Notes under the pieces: model-generated
The model's input: only the letters and a program-made list of their open reading frames with translations
The model's database searches: none
Told to the model about the DNA's origin: nothing
In this document: positions 19,597 through 28,979 of the stretch, one piece after another
How positions within the stretch are numbered: the stretch's first letter is position 1
How the letters are laid out: each line of letters opens with the position of its first letter
Source: Alphaproteobacteria bacterium
Lineage (GTDB): Bacteria; Pseudomonadota; Alphaproteobacteria; UBA8366; CAVOAK01
Direction: 5' to 3'
DNA length: 64,000 bases
NCBI GenBank assembly: GCA_965217615.1
Contig: CBDCIT010000040.1
Span: 6,053-70,052, forward strand
Made by a program: the position numbers and the translations under genes

Positions 19597-20398
19597 CTAT
19601 GCGCTGAGACGGAGCTTCTCATCTTGCATCGTATCTTGCGGCAGTATGGCGGCATTGCTTTGGACGACGACCAGCGGCTCTGCGACGGTGGCTCTTGTGC
19701 CGACGCTGTGGCGACGCATTGCCTGCTGGAAGAAAGCCCATCTTTTGCTTGCGGACTGCACGGCATAAGGTGCCGCGAACATCGCTGCGGCAATCGCCAG
19801 ACCCCAGGTGAACACACCGGCAAAGACGACACAGAGCGTTAATGTGGCGATGCCGAACAATCTGGCGCCTGCTGTCCTGCTGAGGCGAATGTAGGCAACG
19901 ACGGAAAGCGTGTAGAGAATGAAGAAGTTCTGTCCGGCGATCCTCAAGAGGTCACTGAGACTCCAGAATCCCATGCCATAACCAAAGAGCACGAAACAGA
20001 GGAGAGCCGCGAGCATCGCAATCGCTGGTCGGGGTTCCGCACGACGTAACGTTCCGAGCGCAAGCCGCTTAGGAATCCAACCTTGGCGGCCGATATCGAA
20101 TATCAGCCGCGACGCGGCCCAACACGCACCATTTAAGTTGGCAGTGATGATCGCCAAAACGACGATGGTGAGAACAGGCCAAGCCGCCGCCGCCGTTGTG
20201 ACGGCTTGGATCACAGCGAGATATGGCGCCTTTTCAAGCAGCGGGTGTCCCAACGGTACCAGCGCCTGCACGGCAAGCGACGCGCCGAGATAGAGGACAA
20301 CGACGAGGACGAAACTCACGGCTACCGCCAATGGAAAGTCCCGGCGAGGATTTTTGAACTCCTCCGCCGTGAACGACAGCATCTCCCATCCGGTATAG
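19597..20398 (-). pseudogene. APC-family amino-acid permease, 3' fragment (5' part removed at IS boundary)
   Basis: Only the C-terminal ~265 residues are present (YTGWEMLSFTAEEFKNPRRDFPLAV..). The frame runs directly into the IS5/IS1182-like copy A left end at 20399. Confidence 0.75.
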
Positions 20399-21319
20399 CA
20401 GCCCGTTGATTAAGTCGGCGCCGTCTGATTCTCTGGTTCCCTGATTTGCAGGGGGATTCGCCGATGGCGATGGGACGGCAGAAGGATGGTCAGGGGGACC
20501 TGATGGTGAGCTGGTCGGAGATGCCGCGCTCTCCGGGTCATGTGTTTTATGACCGCTTGCAGTCGGTGCTGATCGAGGGCGGCTTCGACGCCTTTGCCGA
20601 GGCGAGCTGCCGGCCTTATTACGCGGCCCGGATGGGCGCGCCCTCGGTGCCGCCCGGGCGCTATTTCCGGATGCACCTGGTGGGCTACTTCGAGGGCATC
20701 GACAGCGAGCGCGGTCTGGAGTGGCGCTGCTCGGACTCGCTTTCGCTGCGGGCGTTCCTGCGACTGGGGAGCCGTGATCGGGTACCGGACCATTCCTGGC
20801 TGTCACGGAGCCGCACGCGCCTGCCCCATGAAGTCCACGCGGCGGTCTTCGACTGGGTTCTGGTGCTGATCGCCGAGGCGGGGCTGATCAAGGGCGAGCG
20901 CATCGGCGTCGATGCCTCGACCATGGAGGCCAACGCGGCGCTGCGGAACATCGTGCGGCGCGCCAACGGCGAAGGCTACCGGGAGATGCTGGAGCGCCTG
21001 GCCCGGGAAAGCGGCGTCGAGACACCCACGGCCGAGGATCTGGCGCGTCTGGAGCGGAAGCGCAAGGGCAAGAAGCTTTCCAACACGGATTGGGTTTCGA
21101 AGAGCGACCCCGAGGCCAAGATCGCCAAGATGAAGGACGGCACGACGCATCTGGCCTACAAGCCCGAGCACGCGGTGGATCTGGACACCGGCGCGGTGGT
21201 GGCGGCCGAGCTGCACCCGGCCGATGAGGGCGACACCACGACGCTTTCCAAGACCCTGGCGAAGGCCGAGGCAAACCTCGGGGCGGTGGATGCGGCACCG
21301 ACGGCGGAGGACCCGGCCG
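20399..21319 (+). mobile_element. IS5/IS1182-like insertion sequence, copy A, left part
   Basis: Starts with the 17-bp terminal repeat CAGCCCGTTGATTAAGT. Near-identical to copies B and C up to 21319, where the IS66-like element is inserted. Confidence 0.9.
20464..21319 (+). pseudogene. IS5/IS1182-like transposase, copy A, N-terminal part (interrupted)
   Basis: Matches the 23535 and 53978 ORFs up to ..AAPTAEDPA. The 762-aa ORF in the track then reads through into unrelated antisense sequence. Confidence 0.9.
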
Positions 21320-21378
21320 GTAAGTGTTCGTTCAGGCCGTGGAATCAGCGCGGACGTTTCTATCGGCCCCGGTGGATC

Positions 21379-22314
21379 TTAGCGATTGAGGGTGCGTTTC
21401 CAGTCCCGTCGCAGGGGCCGGAGCCAGACATCCTTTTTCGGCTTGTCGTACTGCCTGTCCCGGTCGTAGCGCCCGCGCCCCTGGGTGGCGCCGACATGGA
21501 TCCAGCCCGATGCCCTGTAGACCGCGCCGGTATATCGCGGGGTCTCTACGAAAGTCTCGATGAGCACGGGCGTGGTGTTGTAGCGCTCGGTCCAGTCGTC
21601 GGGCAGGCGCTGGCGGATGAGGGCGAGGATGTGCGAACCCAGGTTGGGGATCTTGATCCAGGGCAGGATCAGGAACCTCGGGTTGTCGACCACGAAGGGA
21701 AGGTTCTTCTCGCGCAGTTGCCGTGTCCATCTGATGAAGGTGTCGCGCGGGGCAAGCTTCCACGCGGCGGTGGAGAAGCCGAGCATGGCGAGTGGCCAGC
21801 CGTTTCGGTCATGGACGGCATAGCGCATCTGGGCGCCGACCAGGGTCTTGTATCCGAGATAGTGGTAGCGGGCGACGAACTCGTTCCAGAGCTTGCTCTC
21901 CCGGGTGCCGCGCACGACGGGGCGCAGGTCGAGCGGACGGATCTCGTCGAGGGTTGTCGGGGCCGGGAACAGCGGCGGTTCGGTGTCCGGCCCGAAGACG
22001 ATCGGCCCGGGCCGGTTCTGCCGTCCCTGCGGCGCCGGCAGGGCGATCAGGCCGTCCCTGTGCATGGCCAGCATGGTGACCCTGGCCATCATGTCCTTGA
22101 GGCCGCCGTCGGGCTTGAACCAGCCGATGCGCCGGCAGAACTCCTTCGACAGCATATGGCGGTTCAACGGCGGCGGCCCGGCGATCAGCGCGCGCAGCAG
22201 CGCCATTTCCCCGGCGGTGAAGTCGCGGCCGTAATAACGGCACCCGATCGCGCCGGTCACGCCGGCGCCATGAGTTCGCGCCTGCGCTCCTCGCTCATCG
22301 ACCATGGCAGCCAC
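21379..22314 (-). CDS. DUF4338 (DruA-like) family protein encoded inside the IS66-family element
   Basis: 311-aa ORF with FVARYHYLGY, MRYAV, DNPRFLILPW and LIETFVETPRYTGAVYRASGW. I recognise these from memory as the DUF4338 family. It overlaps the transposase stop by 58 nt. The start (22314 or 22305) is uncertain. Confidence 0.65.
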   Translation of the reverse strand: MAAMVDERGAQARTHGAGVTGAIGCRYYGRDFTAGEMALLRALIAGPPPLNRHMLSKEFCRRIGWFKPDGGLKDMMARVTMLAMHRDGLIALPAPQGRQNRPGPIVFGPDTEPPLFPAPTTLDEIRPLDLRPVVRGTRESKLWNEFVARYHYLGYKTLVGAQMRYAVHDRNGWPLAMLGFSTAAWKLAPRDTFIRWTRQLREKNLPFVVDNPRFLILPWIKIPNLGSHILALIRQRLPDDWTERYNTTPVLIETFVETPRYTGAVYRASGWIHVGATQGRGRYDRDRQYDKPKKDVWLRPLRRDWKRTLNR

Positions 22315-23465
22315 GACGACAGGTCGCCCGGCGGTTTACGATCGTTCTCCGCGCACGCTGCGAGCCACGCGTCCAGCCAGCTCAGGATGTCGATGCCATT
22401 CATCGAGAGCGTGCCCACCACCGAGTACATGATCGCCGTGAACCTGGCGCCGTCCTCGCTGTCGGAACCGAACGACAGCCGTCGCCCTATGGCCGGACCT
22501 TGTAAAACTCTTTCGGCGCGATTGTTATCCAGAGGCACCTGCGGGCGGTCGACGAACACGCTCAGCCCTTCGCGATGGTTCAGCAGCGAACGCAGCGCCT
22601 TGCCCTCGCGCGCCGGGTCCGGCAGGCCGGCAAGCTCCAGTTCGGCCTGCGCGAACAGGCCGTCGAGCGCCTCCTTCAACGCGCCCTGCGCCGCGTCGAA
22701 CGCCGGCGTCTGGCGCTCGATCCCGGGGTCGTAATGAGCCAGCCTCGCCTCGTTCAGGCGGTAGATCGACGCGATCCGCTCGATCCATCCCTGGCACCAG
22801 TCCGTCAGTCTCACCTGGCCGGCCGCGCACTCGACAAAATCGCGGCGCATATGTGACCAACAGAATGCAAGGGTCACCTTGCCCTCGCGAAGGCGAGCGA
22901 GTCGCTTGTAGGCGCTATAGCGGTCGCAGACGATGACCGTATCGAGGAGGTCTTCGGCGAATAGCTTCCCGGCGGCCTCGGCACTGCGGCTCGGATCGAT
23001 GTGGAAGTAGACCGCGTCGCTGCTCACCGAGGCCCACAGCCAGGCACGGCTCGACCGGTCTTCCCCGCGAAGCTCCTGGACGCGCCAACCGGTCTCGTCG
23101 GCATGGCGCAGCACCGCCTTGTTCTGGTGCGCAAGGATCGCTGCGGCCAGCGGCTCGAACAGCGGCACGAACCGCTTCAGGCTGTCGGCCAGGGTCCCCG
23201 GCGAGACCGGCAGCCCCTGGCTGGAGAACCACGCGGCAACCCGGTGCAGGGGGCGGAAGCAGGCACAGTGCTCGAACAGGAAGCGCGCCCAGAAGCTGGT
23301 CCCGTAGAGCGTCCTGGGGAACAGCCGCGGCACCGGGCGCGCCGAGACTTCCATGGGCGACGACGCGCACTCGCAGGCCCTGCGCCAGCGCGACCGGCGG
23401 ATCACCCGCTTGTGGGCCTTGACCTCGATCTCGACGAGGGTGGATTCCTCGGCGCCGTTCGGCGC
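22257..23465 (-). pseudogene. IS66-family transposase, C-terminal segment (catalytic region)
   Basis: Contains HADETGW, CDRYSAYK, AFCWSHMRRDF and PLDNNRAER blocks. The frame continues from 24914 once IS copy B and one ATAG are removed. Confidence 0.85.
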
Positions 23466-23469
23466 ATAG

Positions 23470-24913
23470 CAGCCCGTTGATTAAGTCGGCGCCGTCTGAT
23501 TCTCTGGTTCCCTGATTTGCAGGGGGATTTGCCGATGGCGATGGGACGGCAGAAGGCTGGTCAGGGGGACCTGATGGTGAGCTGGTCGGAGATGCCGCGC
23601 TCTCCGGGTCATGTGTTTTATGACCGCTTGCAGTCGGTGCTGATCGAGGGCGGCTTCGACGCCTTTGCCGAGGCGAGCTGCCGGCCTTATTACGCGGCCC
23701 GGATGGGCGCGCCCTCGGTGCCGCCCGGGCGCTATTTCCGGATGCACCTGGTGGGCTACTTCGAGGGCATCGACAGCGAGCGCGGTCTGGAGTGGCGCTG
23801 CTCGGACTCGCTTTCGCTGCGGGCGTTCCTGCGACTGGGGAGCCGTGATCGGGTACCGGACCATTCCTGGCTGTCACGGAGCCGCACGCGCCTGCCCCAT
23901 GAAGTCCACGCGGCGGTCTTCGACTGGGTTCTGGTGCTGATCGCCGAGGCGGGGCTGATCAAGGGCGAGCGCATCGGCGTCGATGCCTCGACCATGGAGG
24001 CCAACGCGGCGCTGCGGAACATCGTGCGGCGCGCCAACGGCGAAGGCTACCGGGAGATGCTGGAGCGCCTGGCCCGGGAAAGCGGCGTCGAGACACCCAC
24101 GGCCGAGGACCTGGCGCGTCTGGAGCGGAAGCGCAAGGGCAAGAAGCTTTCCAACACGGATTGGGTTTCGAAGAGCGACCCCGAGGCCAAGATCGCCAAG
24201 ATGAAGGACGGCACGACGCATCTGGCCTACAAGCCCGAGCACGCGGTGGATCTGGACACCGGCGCGGTGGTGGCGGCCGAGCTGCACCCGGCCGATGAGG
24301 GCGACACCACGACGCTTTCCAAGACCCTGGCGAAGGCCGAGGCAAACCTCGGGGCGGTGGATGCGGCACCGACGGCGGAGGACCCGGCCGAATGCGTCGC
24401 CGACAAAGGTTATCACTCACGGGCGGTCTTGAGGGCTCTGGACGACAGTCCCTGGAAGACCCGGATCGCGGCGCCCAAGCAGACCGGCTTTTCGCGCTGG
24501 CACGGTGATGAGGCGGCGCGGCGCGCGGTCACCAACAACCGTGCGCGGCTCAAGTCCGGGGTCGCCCGCGAGGCCTTCAAGCTGCGCGCCGAGATCGTCG
24601 AGCGCTGCTTTGCCCACAACCTCGATCGTGGCGGCATGCGACGAACCTGGCTGCGCGGGCGAGAGAATGTGCACAAGCGATACCTGCTCCACGTCGCCGG
24701 CCACAATCTATCGTTACTGATGCGCCAGCTCATCGGCGCCGGCACCCCGCGGGAGGCCGTGGCGGGCGGATATGGCGGTATTTTCGTTCTGCTCACGCCC
24801 ACCGGGGCCATGCTGGTGGCACGGGGGGTTTCGCAAAGCGGCCAGTCGGCTTTCGCCGCCGCATTCCTCATCTGGGGGTGAGAGCCGGAAAAAGCCACTT
24901 AATCAACGGGCTG
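23470..24913 (+). mobile_element. IS5/IS1182-like insertion sequence, copy B (1,444 bp)
   Basis: 17-bp terminal inverted repeats CAGCCCGTTGATTAAGT. The 4-bp duplication ATAG is at 23466..23469 and 24914..24917. It is inserted in the IS66 transposase gene. Confidence 0.93.
23535..24881 (+). CDS. IS5/IS1182-like DDE transposase (about 448 aa)
   Basis: N-terminal DUF772-like block (FYDRLQSVLIEGGFDAF..GRYFRMHLVGYFEGIDSERGLEW), KMKDGTTHLAYKPEHAVD, and C-terminal ADKGYHS..IVERCFAH. The start is ATG 23535 or TTG 23517. Confidence 0.88.
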   Translation: MAMGRQKAGQGDLMVSWSEMPRSPGHVFYDRLQSVLIEGGFDAFAEASCRPYYAARMGAPSVPPGRYFRMHLVGYFEGIDSERGLEWRCSDSLSLRAFLRLGSRDRVPDHSWLSRSRTRLPHEVHAAVFDWVLVLIAEAGLIKGERIGVDASTMEANAALRNIVRRANGEGYREMLERLARESGVETPTAEDLARLERKRKGKKLSNTDWVSKSDPEAKIAKMKDGTTHLAYKPEHAVDLDTGAVVAAELHPADEGDTTTLSKTLAKAEANLGAVDAAPTAEDPAECVADKGYHSRAVLRALDDSPWKTRIAAPKQTGFSRWHGDEAARRAVTNNRARLKSGVAREAFKLRAEIVERCFAHNLDRGGMRRTWLRGRENVHKRYLLHVAGHNLSLLMRQLIGAGTPREAVAGGYGGIFVLLTPTGAMLVARGVSQSGQSAFAAAFLIWG

Positions 24914-25662
24914 ATAGGGCTGCCCGCACCGTCCGCAGACGCACGCATCCGGCGGCGGGTTGTACTCTTCGGTTCGCTCCTCGAGCCCGGGCCGCTGGGT
25001 GCGGCCGTGGCCGGGCGCGCCGTGCTGCTGGCCGCGCTTACGCTCCGAGCGCGGTTTGTCCTGCTGCTCGCTCTTGCGGCCGTAGAGCGCTCTCGACAGC
25101 ACCGCTCCGGTCGCGCGAAGCCTCTCAAGCTGGGCTTCCAGCGTCTCGATCCGGTTCCGTGACGTCTTCGCGCCCTTGCGCAGCCGGGCGTTCTCCCGGG
25201 ACAGCGACTTGATCGTGGCCTTCTGGCGCCGCGACCTTCGCAGGGCCCTGCGGAGATCGGCGTCTGCAACGGACAGCGACTTCGACAACGTCTTCCCGAC
25301 CGCTCGAAGCCCGGCAAGCTCGGACTCGAGTGCCTTCCTGATCGCGCGAAGTTTGGCAGGCTGAACCTCCAGCGCCGCTTTCCGGGTCTCCAACTTCCGC
25401 ACGGTCCTGTGCAGCCGGGCATTCTCCTTGCGCAGCGTGTTGAGCGTCGTCTTCTGGCGCCGCGATCGCCTCAACGCCGCGCGCAGTTGAGTGGCCTCGT
25501 CGCACGGAAGCTTCGACAGCGTCGCCCCGGCCGCCCGGAGCTTGACGAGCCGGGCCTTCAACTTCTCCTTCCCGGCCTTGGACACCTCCAGGGCATGGCG
25601 CAGCCAGAAAACCTCGTCGGACAGCGACCGGGCACGGGCCTCGCTGTGGCCCAATATCCTCA
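24914..25662 (-). pseudogene. IS66-family transposase, middle segment
   Basis: Coiled-coil repeats (LRRALRRSRRQK.. twice), then LYGRKSEQ and CVCGRCG as in the IS66 TnpC N-terminal region. Bounded by the intron 5' end (25663) and IS copy B (24913). Confidence 0.8.
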
Positions 25663-26179
25663 GTGCGCCGTGGAAAGGTGCGTTTTCCTGGTGGGTGCGA
25701 ACCCCACCCAACAATTGTCGCTTTCGGTTGGTAGCAGCCAGGGCGGCCTACGGAGGTAACGATGTAGACCGAAGCACTCTGGTGACAAAGGGCTGTGTTG
25801 AGCAGTTTAGCGACCATGCAGGCGTGTGCCAGGCTAACTGGCAGAGGATAGCCGGTGAGAGTCCGGTAGGGAGTAGAGGTTAACCACCACTCTCGCCCCG
25901 AGTCATGCGCCGGTCGTCGCGAGGCGGCAGGTGAAGCGTTGACAGGGGTGCGGATGGGCAGGGCAACGGAGCATCGAAAGGTTGCTTGTCTGGAGAGCCG
26001 AGACTGTGCCTGCGGTCGAAGGCAACACCGACATCACCGACATGGTGAGGGGATGTTGGGCTCCACGGTGTCGAAGAACCCATGCACGTTCGTACGTCCT
26101 CATTGCCGGGACCTGGGAGGTCTCCATTTTGCCCCGAAGTCGTAACGGGGCCGCAAAGGAAAGGATGTATCCGTAACCG

Positions 26180-28003
26180 ATGACGCACGGAATGGAGAAG
26201 TCGGATGAGGGAATAGTACCGATGAAAGCGACGAACAAGGGCGCGCAAGCGCCTGCGGAGTCGCCGGAGGGAAGTGCCTCAACCAAGGGGAATCCGCGAG
26301 ATCAAAGCACGTGCCGGACGCAGTGTCGGGAAAGCGTGTCACAGGCGGTCGCGTGGATACGGCAGGCTGTAACGAGGAAACCGCAGGAGAAACTCACTGC
26401 GCTGCTACACCATGTCACGATAGATGCCCTGACGTGGGCGTTCTTCGAGTTGAAGAAGGACGCCTCGCCGGGGGTGGATGGGATGACGTGGGGAGAGTAC
26501 GAGGAAGGGCTGGAAGAGCGGCTGCTCGACCTTCACGGACGCGTGCACTCGGGAGCGTATCGGGCGCGGCCATCCCGGCGGGTCGAAATACCCAAACCGG
26601 ATGGCGGGACACGACCGCTCGGCATTGCCGCACTGGAAGACAAGATTGTCCAGAAAGCGGTGGTGGAAGTTATCCTGACGCCAATTTACGAGCCGGATTT
26701 TCTCGGGTTCAGCTACGGGTTCCGACCGGGGCGTGGGGCGCACGACGCGCTTGATGCTCTGGCCTTCGGGATAGAACGGCGCAAGGTCAACTGGATAGTG
26801 GACTGTGACATCCGCGGATTTTTCGACAATGTCTCTCGGGACTGGCTGGTCCGGTTTCTTGAGGATCGCATCGGAGACAAGCGGGTCATCAGGCTGATCG
26901 CCAAATGGCTGAATGCCGGCGTCATGGAAGATGGCGAGTGGCGGGATAACTTGCGAGGAACGCCTCAGGGCGCGGTGGCTTCACCGATTCTCGCGAACAT
27001 CTACCTGCACTACGTCCTCGACCTCTGGTTCCAGAAGAAATGGCGCACCCGTGTGGCCACGGGGGCAACAATCATCGTGCGGTATGCCGATGACTTCGTG
27101 GTCGGGTTCCAACGCAAACAGGACGCGGAGCGGTTTCTCCACGATCTCAAGGAAAGGCTGGGCCAGTTTGAGCTTGAGCTGCATCCAGACAAGACCCGAC
27201 TCATCGAGTTTGGCAGGTTCGCGATGGCGGACCGCCGGGCACGAGGGGAACGGCGACCGGAGACCTTCGAGTTCCTTGGATTCACGCACTATTGCCGGAA
27301 GAAGAGGAACGGGAAATTCGGACTGGGGCGCAAGCCGATAGCGAAGCGGGTCACGCGGACCCTGAATCGGATCAAAGGGGAGCTCCGTAGGCGGATGCAC
27401 GAAGATGTCCACGAAACCGCGCGCTGGCTGGGTCAGGTGGTCAATGACTTCTGTGCGGAGATCGTTTCCTATGCAGATGACTTCTGTGTTCTCGGCAAGG
27501 CCCCGGCGGCAGACATGCTGCTGGCGGTTACCCGGCTCATGGAAGGGCTGAAGCTGACGGTCAACGAGCAGAAGACCCGATGCCTGCAATGCCCAAGGGA
27601 ACCAATGGCGTTCCTCGGCTACCGGTTCGGATGGAACTACCGCCGGAACGGAGGCGACGCCTATATCGGCAATCGACCGAGCAAGGTGAGCGTTCAGGGC
27701 ATCTGCCGTAAAATCAGTGAGCAAACCGAACGACGCTATGGGCTGCAGGATCCTGAATGGATGGTCAGCAAGCTCAACCGGATGATATCCGGATGGGCGC
27801 AGTACTTCCAGTTAGGGCAGGTCAGCCCCGCCTATGCGGCGGTCGATGCACACGCGACGAAGCGGCTGCGACAGTGGCTCTGTCGGAAGCACAAGGTCAG
27901 GAACGGAAAGTACGTGCGCTTTCCGGACGATCGACTGTGGGAACACTATGGCCTTACCTGCCTTGCGCCGAGGACCAGGGGCTTTCCGTGGGCGAAGGCA
28001 TGA
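26180..28003 (+). CDS. group II intron reverse transcriptase/maturase, apparently chimeric (607 aa)
   Basis: RT motifs PKPDGGTRPLGI, FSYGFRPGRGAHDAL, GTPQGAVASPILANIYL and VRYADDFVVGF, plus the start of a thumb (ARWLGQVVN). These are followed by a second motif-5-to-X block (SYADDFCVLGK..FLGYRF..LNRMISGWAQYF). Confidence 0.85.
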   Translation: MTHGMEKSDEGIVPMKATNKGAQAPAESPEGSASTKGNPRDQSTCRTQCRESVSQAVAWIRQAVTRKPQEKLTALLHHVTIDALTWAFFELKKDASPGVDGMTWGEYEEGLEERLLDLHGRVHSGAYRARPSRRVEIPKPDGGTRPLGIAALEDKIVQKAVVEVILTPIYEPDFLGFSYGFRPGRGAHDALDALAFGIERRKVNWIVDCDIRGFFDNVSRDWLVRFLEDRIGDKRVIRLIAKWLNAGVMEDGEWRDNLRGTPQGAVASPILANIYLHYVLDLWFQKKWRTRVATGATIIVRYADDFVVGFQRKQDAERFLHDLKERLGQFELELHPDKTRLIEFGRFAMADRRARGERRPETFEFLGFTHYCRKKRNGKFGLGRKPIAKRVTRTLNRIKGELRRRMHEDVHETARWLGQVVNDFCAEIVSYADDFCVLGKAPAADMLLAVTRLMEGLKLTVNEQKTRCLQCPREPMAFLGYRFGWNYRRNGGDAYIGNRPSKVSVQGICRKISEQTERRYGLQDPEWMVSKLNRMISGWAQYFQLGQVSPAYAAVDAHATKRLRQWLCRKHKVRNGKYVRFPDDRLWEHYGLTCLAPRTRGFPWAKA

Positions 28004-28013
28004 TCTCGTCGGA

Positions 28014-28046
28014 AAGCCGGATGCCTGAGATAGGCATGTCCGGTTT
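28014..28046 (+). ncRNA. group II intron ribozyme domain V
   Basis: AAGCCGGAUGCCUGAGAUAGGCAUGUCCGGUUU folds as a 9-bp lower helix with the AGC triad at positions 2-4 (third pair G.U), a 2-nt AU bulge, a 4-bp upper helix, and a GAGAU loop. Confidence 0.7.
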
Positions 28047-28144
28047 GATGAGCGGGGGTGAGTGAAACGTGGCTATGGTTGAGGCGGAGGCACCGGCACC
28101 TGGCGAAAGCCGTCGGCAAACAGCGACTCCCTTGATCTACGGCA

Positions 28145-28880
28145 GGGCGCGCCTCCCCTCGACTCTACCCTCCCGAGGGAGCCGAAGGGACTCGCTGGAC
28201 AGCTTCCTGGCGGTCTCCCTGATGCTCTCCGTCCTCTGCTTCTCCTGGCCGAGGCGGTTGTTCAGCTGGAGGATCCGCTTGTCCCGCCGGACCACCTCAT
28301 TGTTGAGCCGGGTGATCTCCTTGCGTAGCGTCCTGATGGTGTCTTTCTGATCCGGAGATCGCTCCAGGGCGGTGCGCCGCCGACGGGTCTCCGCGGGCCG
28401 CGGGCGGATCGTGCCCTGTCGGGCCTCCGGTGCGACCAGAGCCTTGCGCAGTCGTGCGATTTCCTTACGCAGCGCCTCGATCTTGCTGCTCTCATTCGAC
28501 TCGATGCCGGCTTCGAAGAGGAGCGTCTCCAGGCGCGCCACCTCGGCCTGCAAGGAAGGCACATCCCTTGCCGCGCGGCGAGCTTCCTTCGTCTCCTCGA
28601 CGGCCTCGCTCAACCTGCCCCGGCAAGCTTTGAACCGCGACTTCCACGCACCGGCATCGGTACGCGAGGCCACTTCCGCCCAGCGTAGCTCTTCCGCGTG
28701 CGCTTCGGCCGCGTCTGCCCGCGCCCGTTCCCGCTCACACTGTGACCGCCAGCCGCGCGGCGCGCGCTCCGGCACCGACACGGGGGACGACCGGACCCCG
28801 CCATTACCCTCGGCCAGCGTCAGGTCGGTGCCAAAATCCTCGTCCAGAACCGCCATGCGCACGACGATAGCGCATGGCAA
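28145..28880 (-). pseudogene. IS66-family transposase, N-terminal segment (coiled-coil extension)
   Basis: 245 codons plus 1 nt, Arg/Glu-rich heptad-like sequence. Joins in frame to 25662 (..VEGRRAL|RILGHSE..). The start is ATG 28880 or 28856. Confidence 0.7.
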
Positions 28881-28979
28881 ATTGCGTTACCAGCAGAAAG
28901 ACAGCCCCTTGTGGGGCTTCGCCTCAACGCGGGAGATGCGCCTGACGACACCCATTCCACGGCCTGAACGAACACTTAC

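Larger units (their letters stand above)
25663..28144 (+). mobile_element. group II intron (about 2.48 kb) inserted antisense in the IS66 transposase gene
   Basis: GTGCG at 25663, then about 517 nt before the RT ORF. A canonical domain V lies 11 nt after the ORF stop. Removing 25663..28144 restores the host frame. The junction is ambiguous within a CAG present at both borders (25661..25663, 28143..28145). Confidence 0.8.
21320..28979 (-). mobile_element. IS66-family element (7,660 bp including two secondary insertions; about 3.7 kb without them)
   Basis: 26-bp perfect terminal inverted repeats GTAAGTGTTCGTTCAGGCCGTGGAAT (21320..21345 and reverse complement 28954..28979). The 8-bp direct repeat CCCGGCCG is at 21312..21319 and 28980..28987. 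The GTAAG terminus and the 8-bp duplication are IS66 hallmarks. Confidence 0.88.

Noticed and set aside
21379-22314. DUF4338/DruA-like gene as evidence of a Druantia defence system
   Set aside because: No DruB-E-like genes or large DUF1998 helicase are present anywhere in the window. The gene lies inside IS66 inverted repeats, so it is reported as an IS component rather than as Druantia.
20446-22734. 762-aa ORF in the track that looks like a giant protein
   Set aside because: It is the IS5/IS1182-like transposase N-terminus (to 21319) reading through into the antisense strand of the IS66 element. This is a high-GC open-frame artefact.
26180-28003. Reverse transcriptase as a retron, DRT or Abi-type defence RT
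   Set aside because: It has a GTGCG 5' end, a canonical ribozyme domain V right after the ORF, a maturase X domain, and clean excision from the host gene. All of these identify it as a group II intron IEP.
24914-28880. Periodic repeats in the 25.1-25.5 kb and 28.2-28.4 kb regions as a CRISPR-like or satellite array
   Set aside because: The units are about 230 nt, only about 70% identical, and lie in frame within a coiled-coil coding sequence. No short direct repeats with unique spacers exist anywhere in the window.
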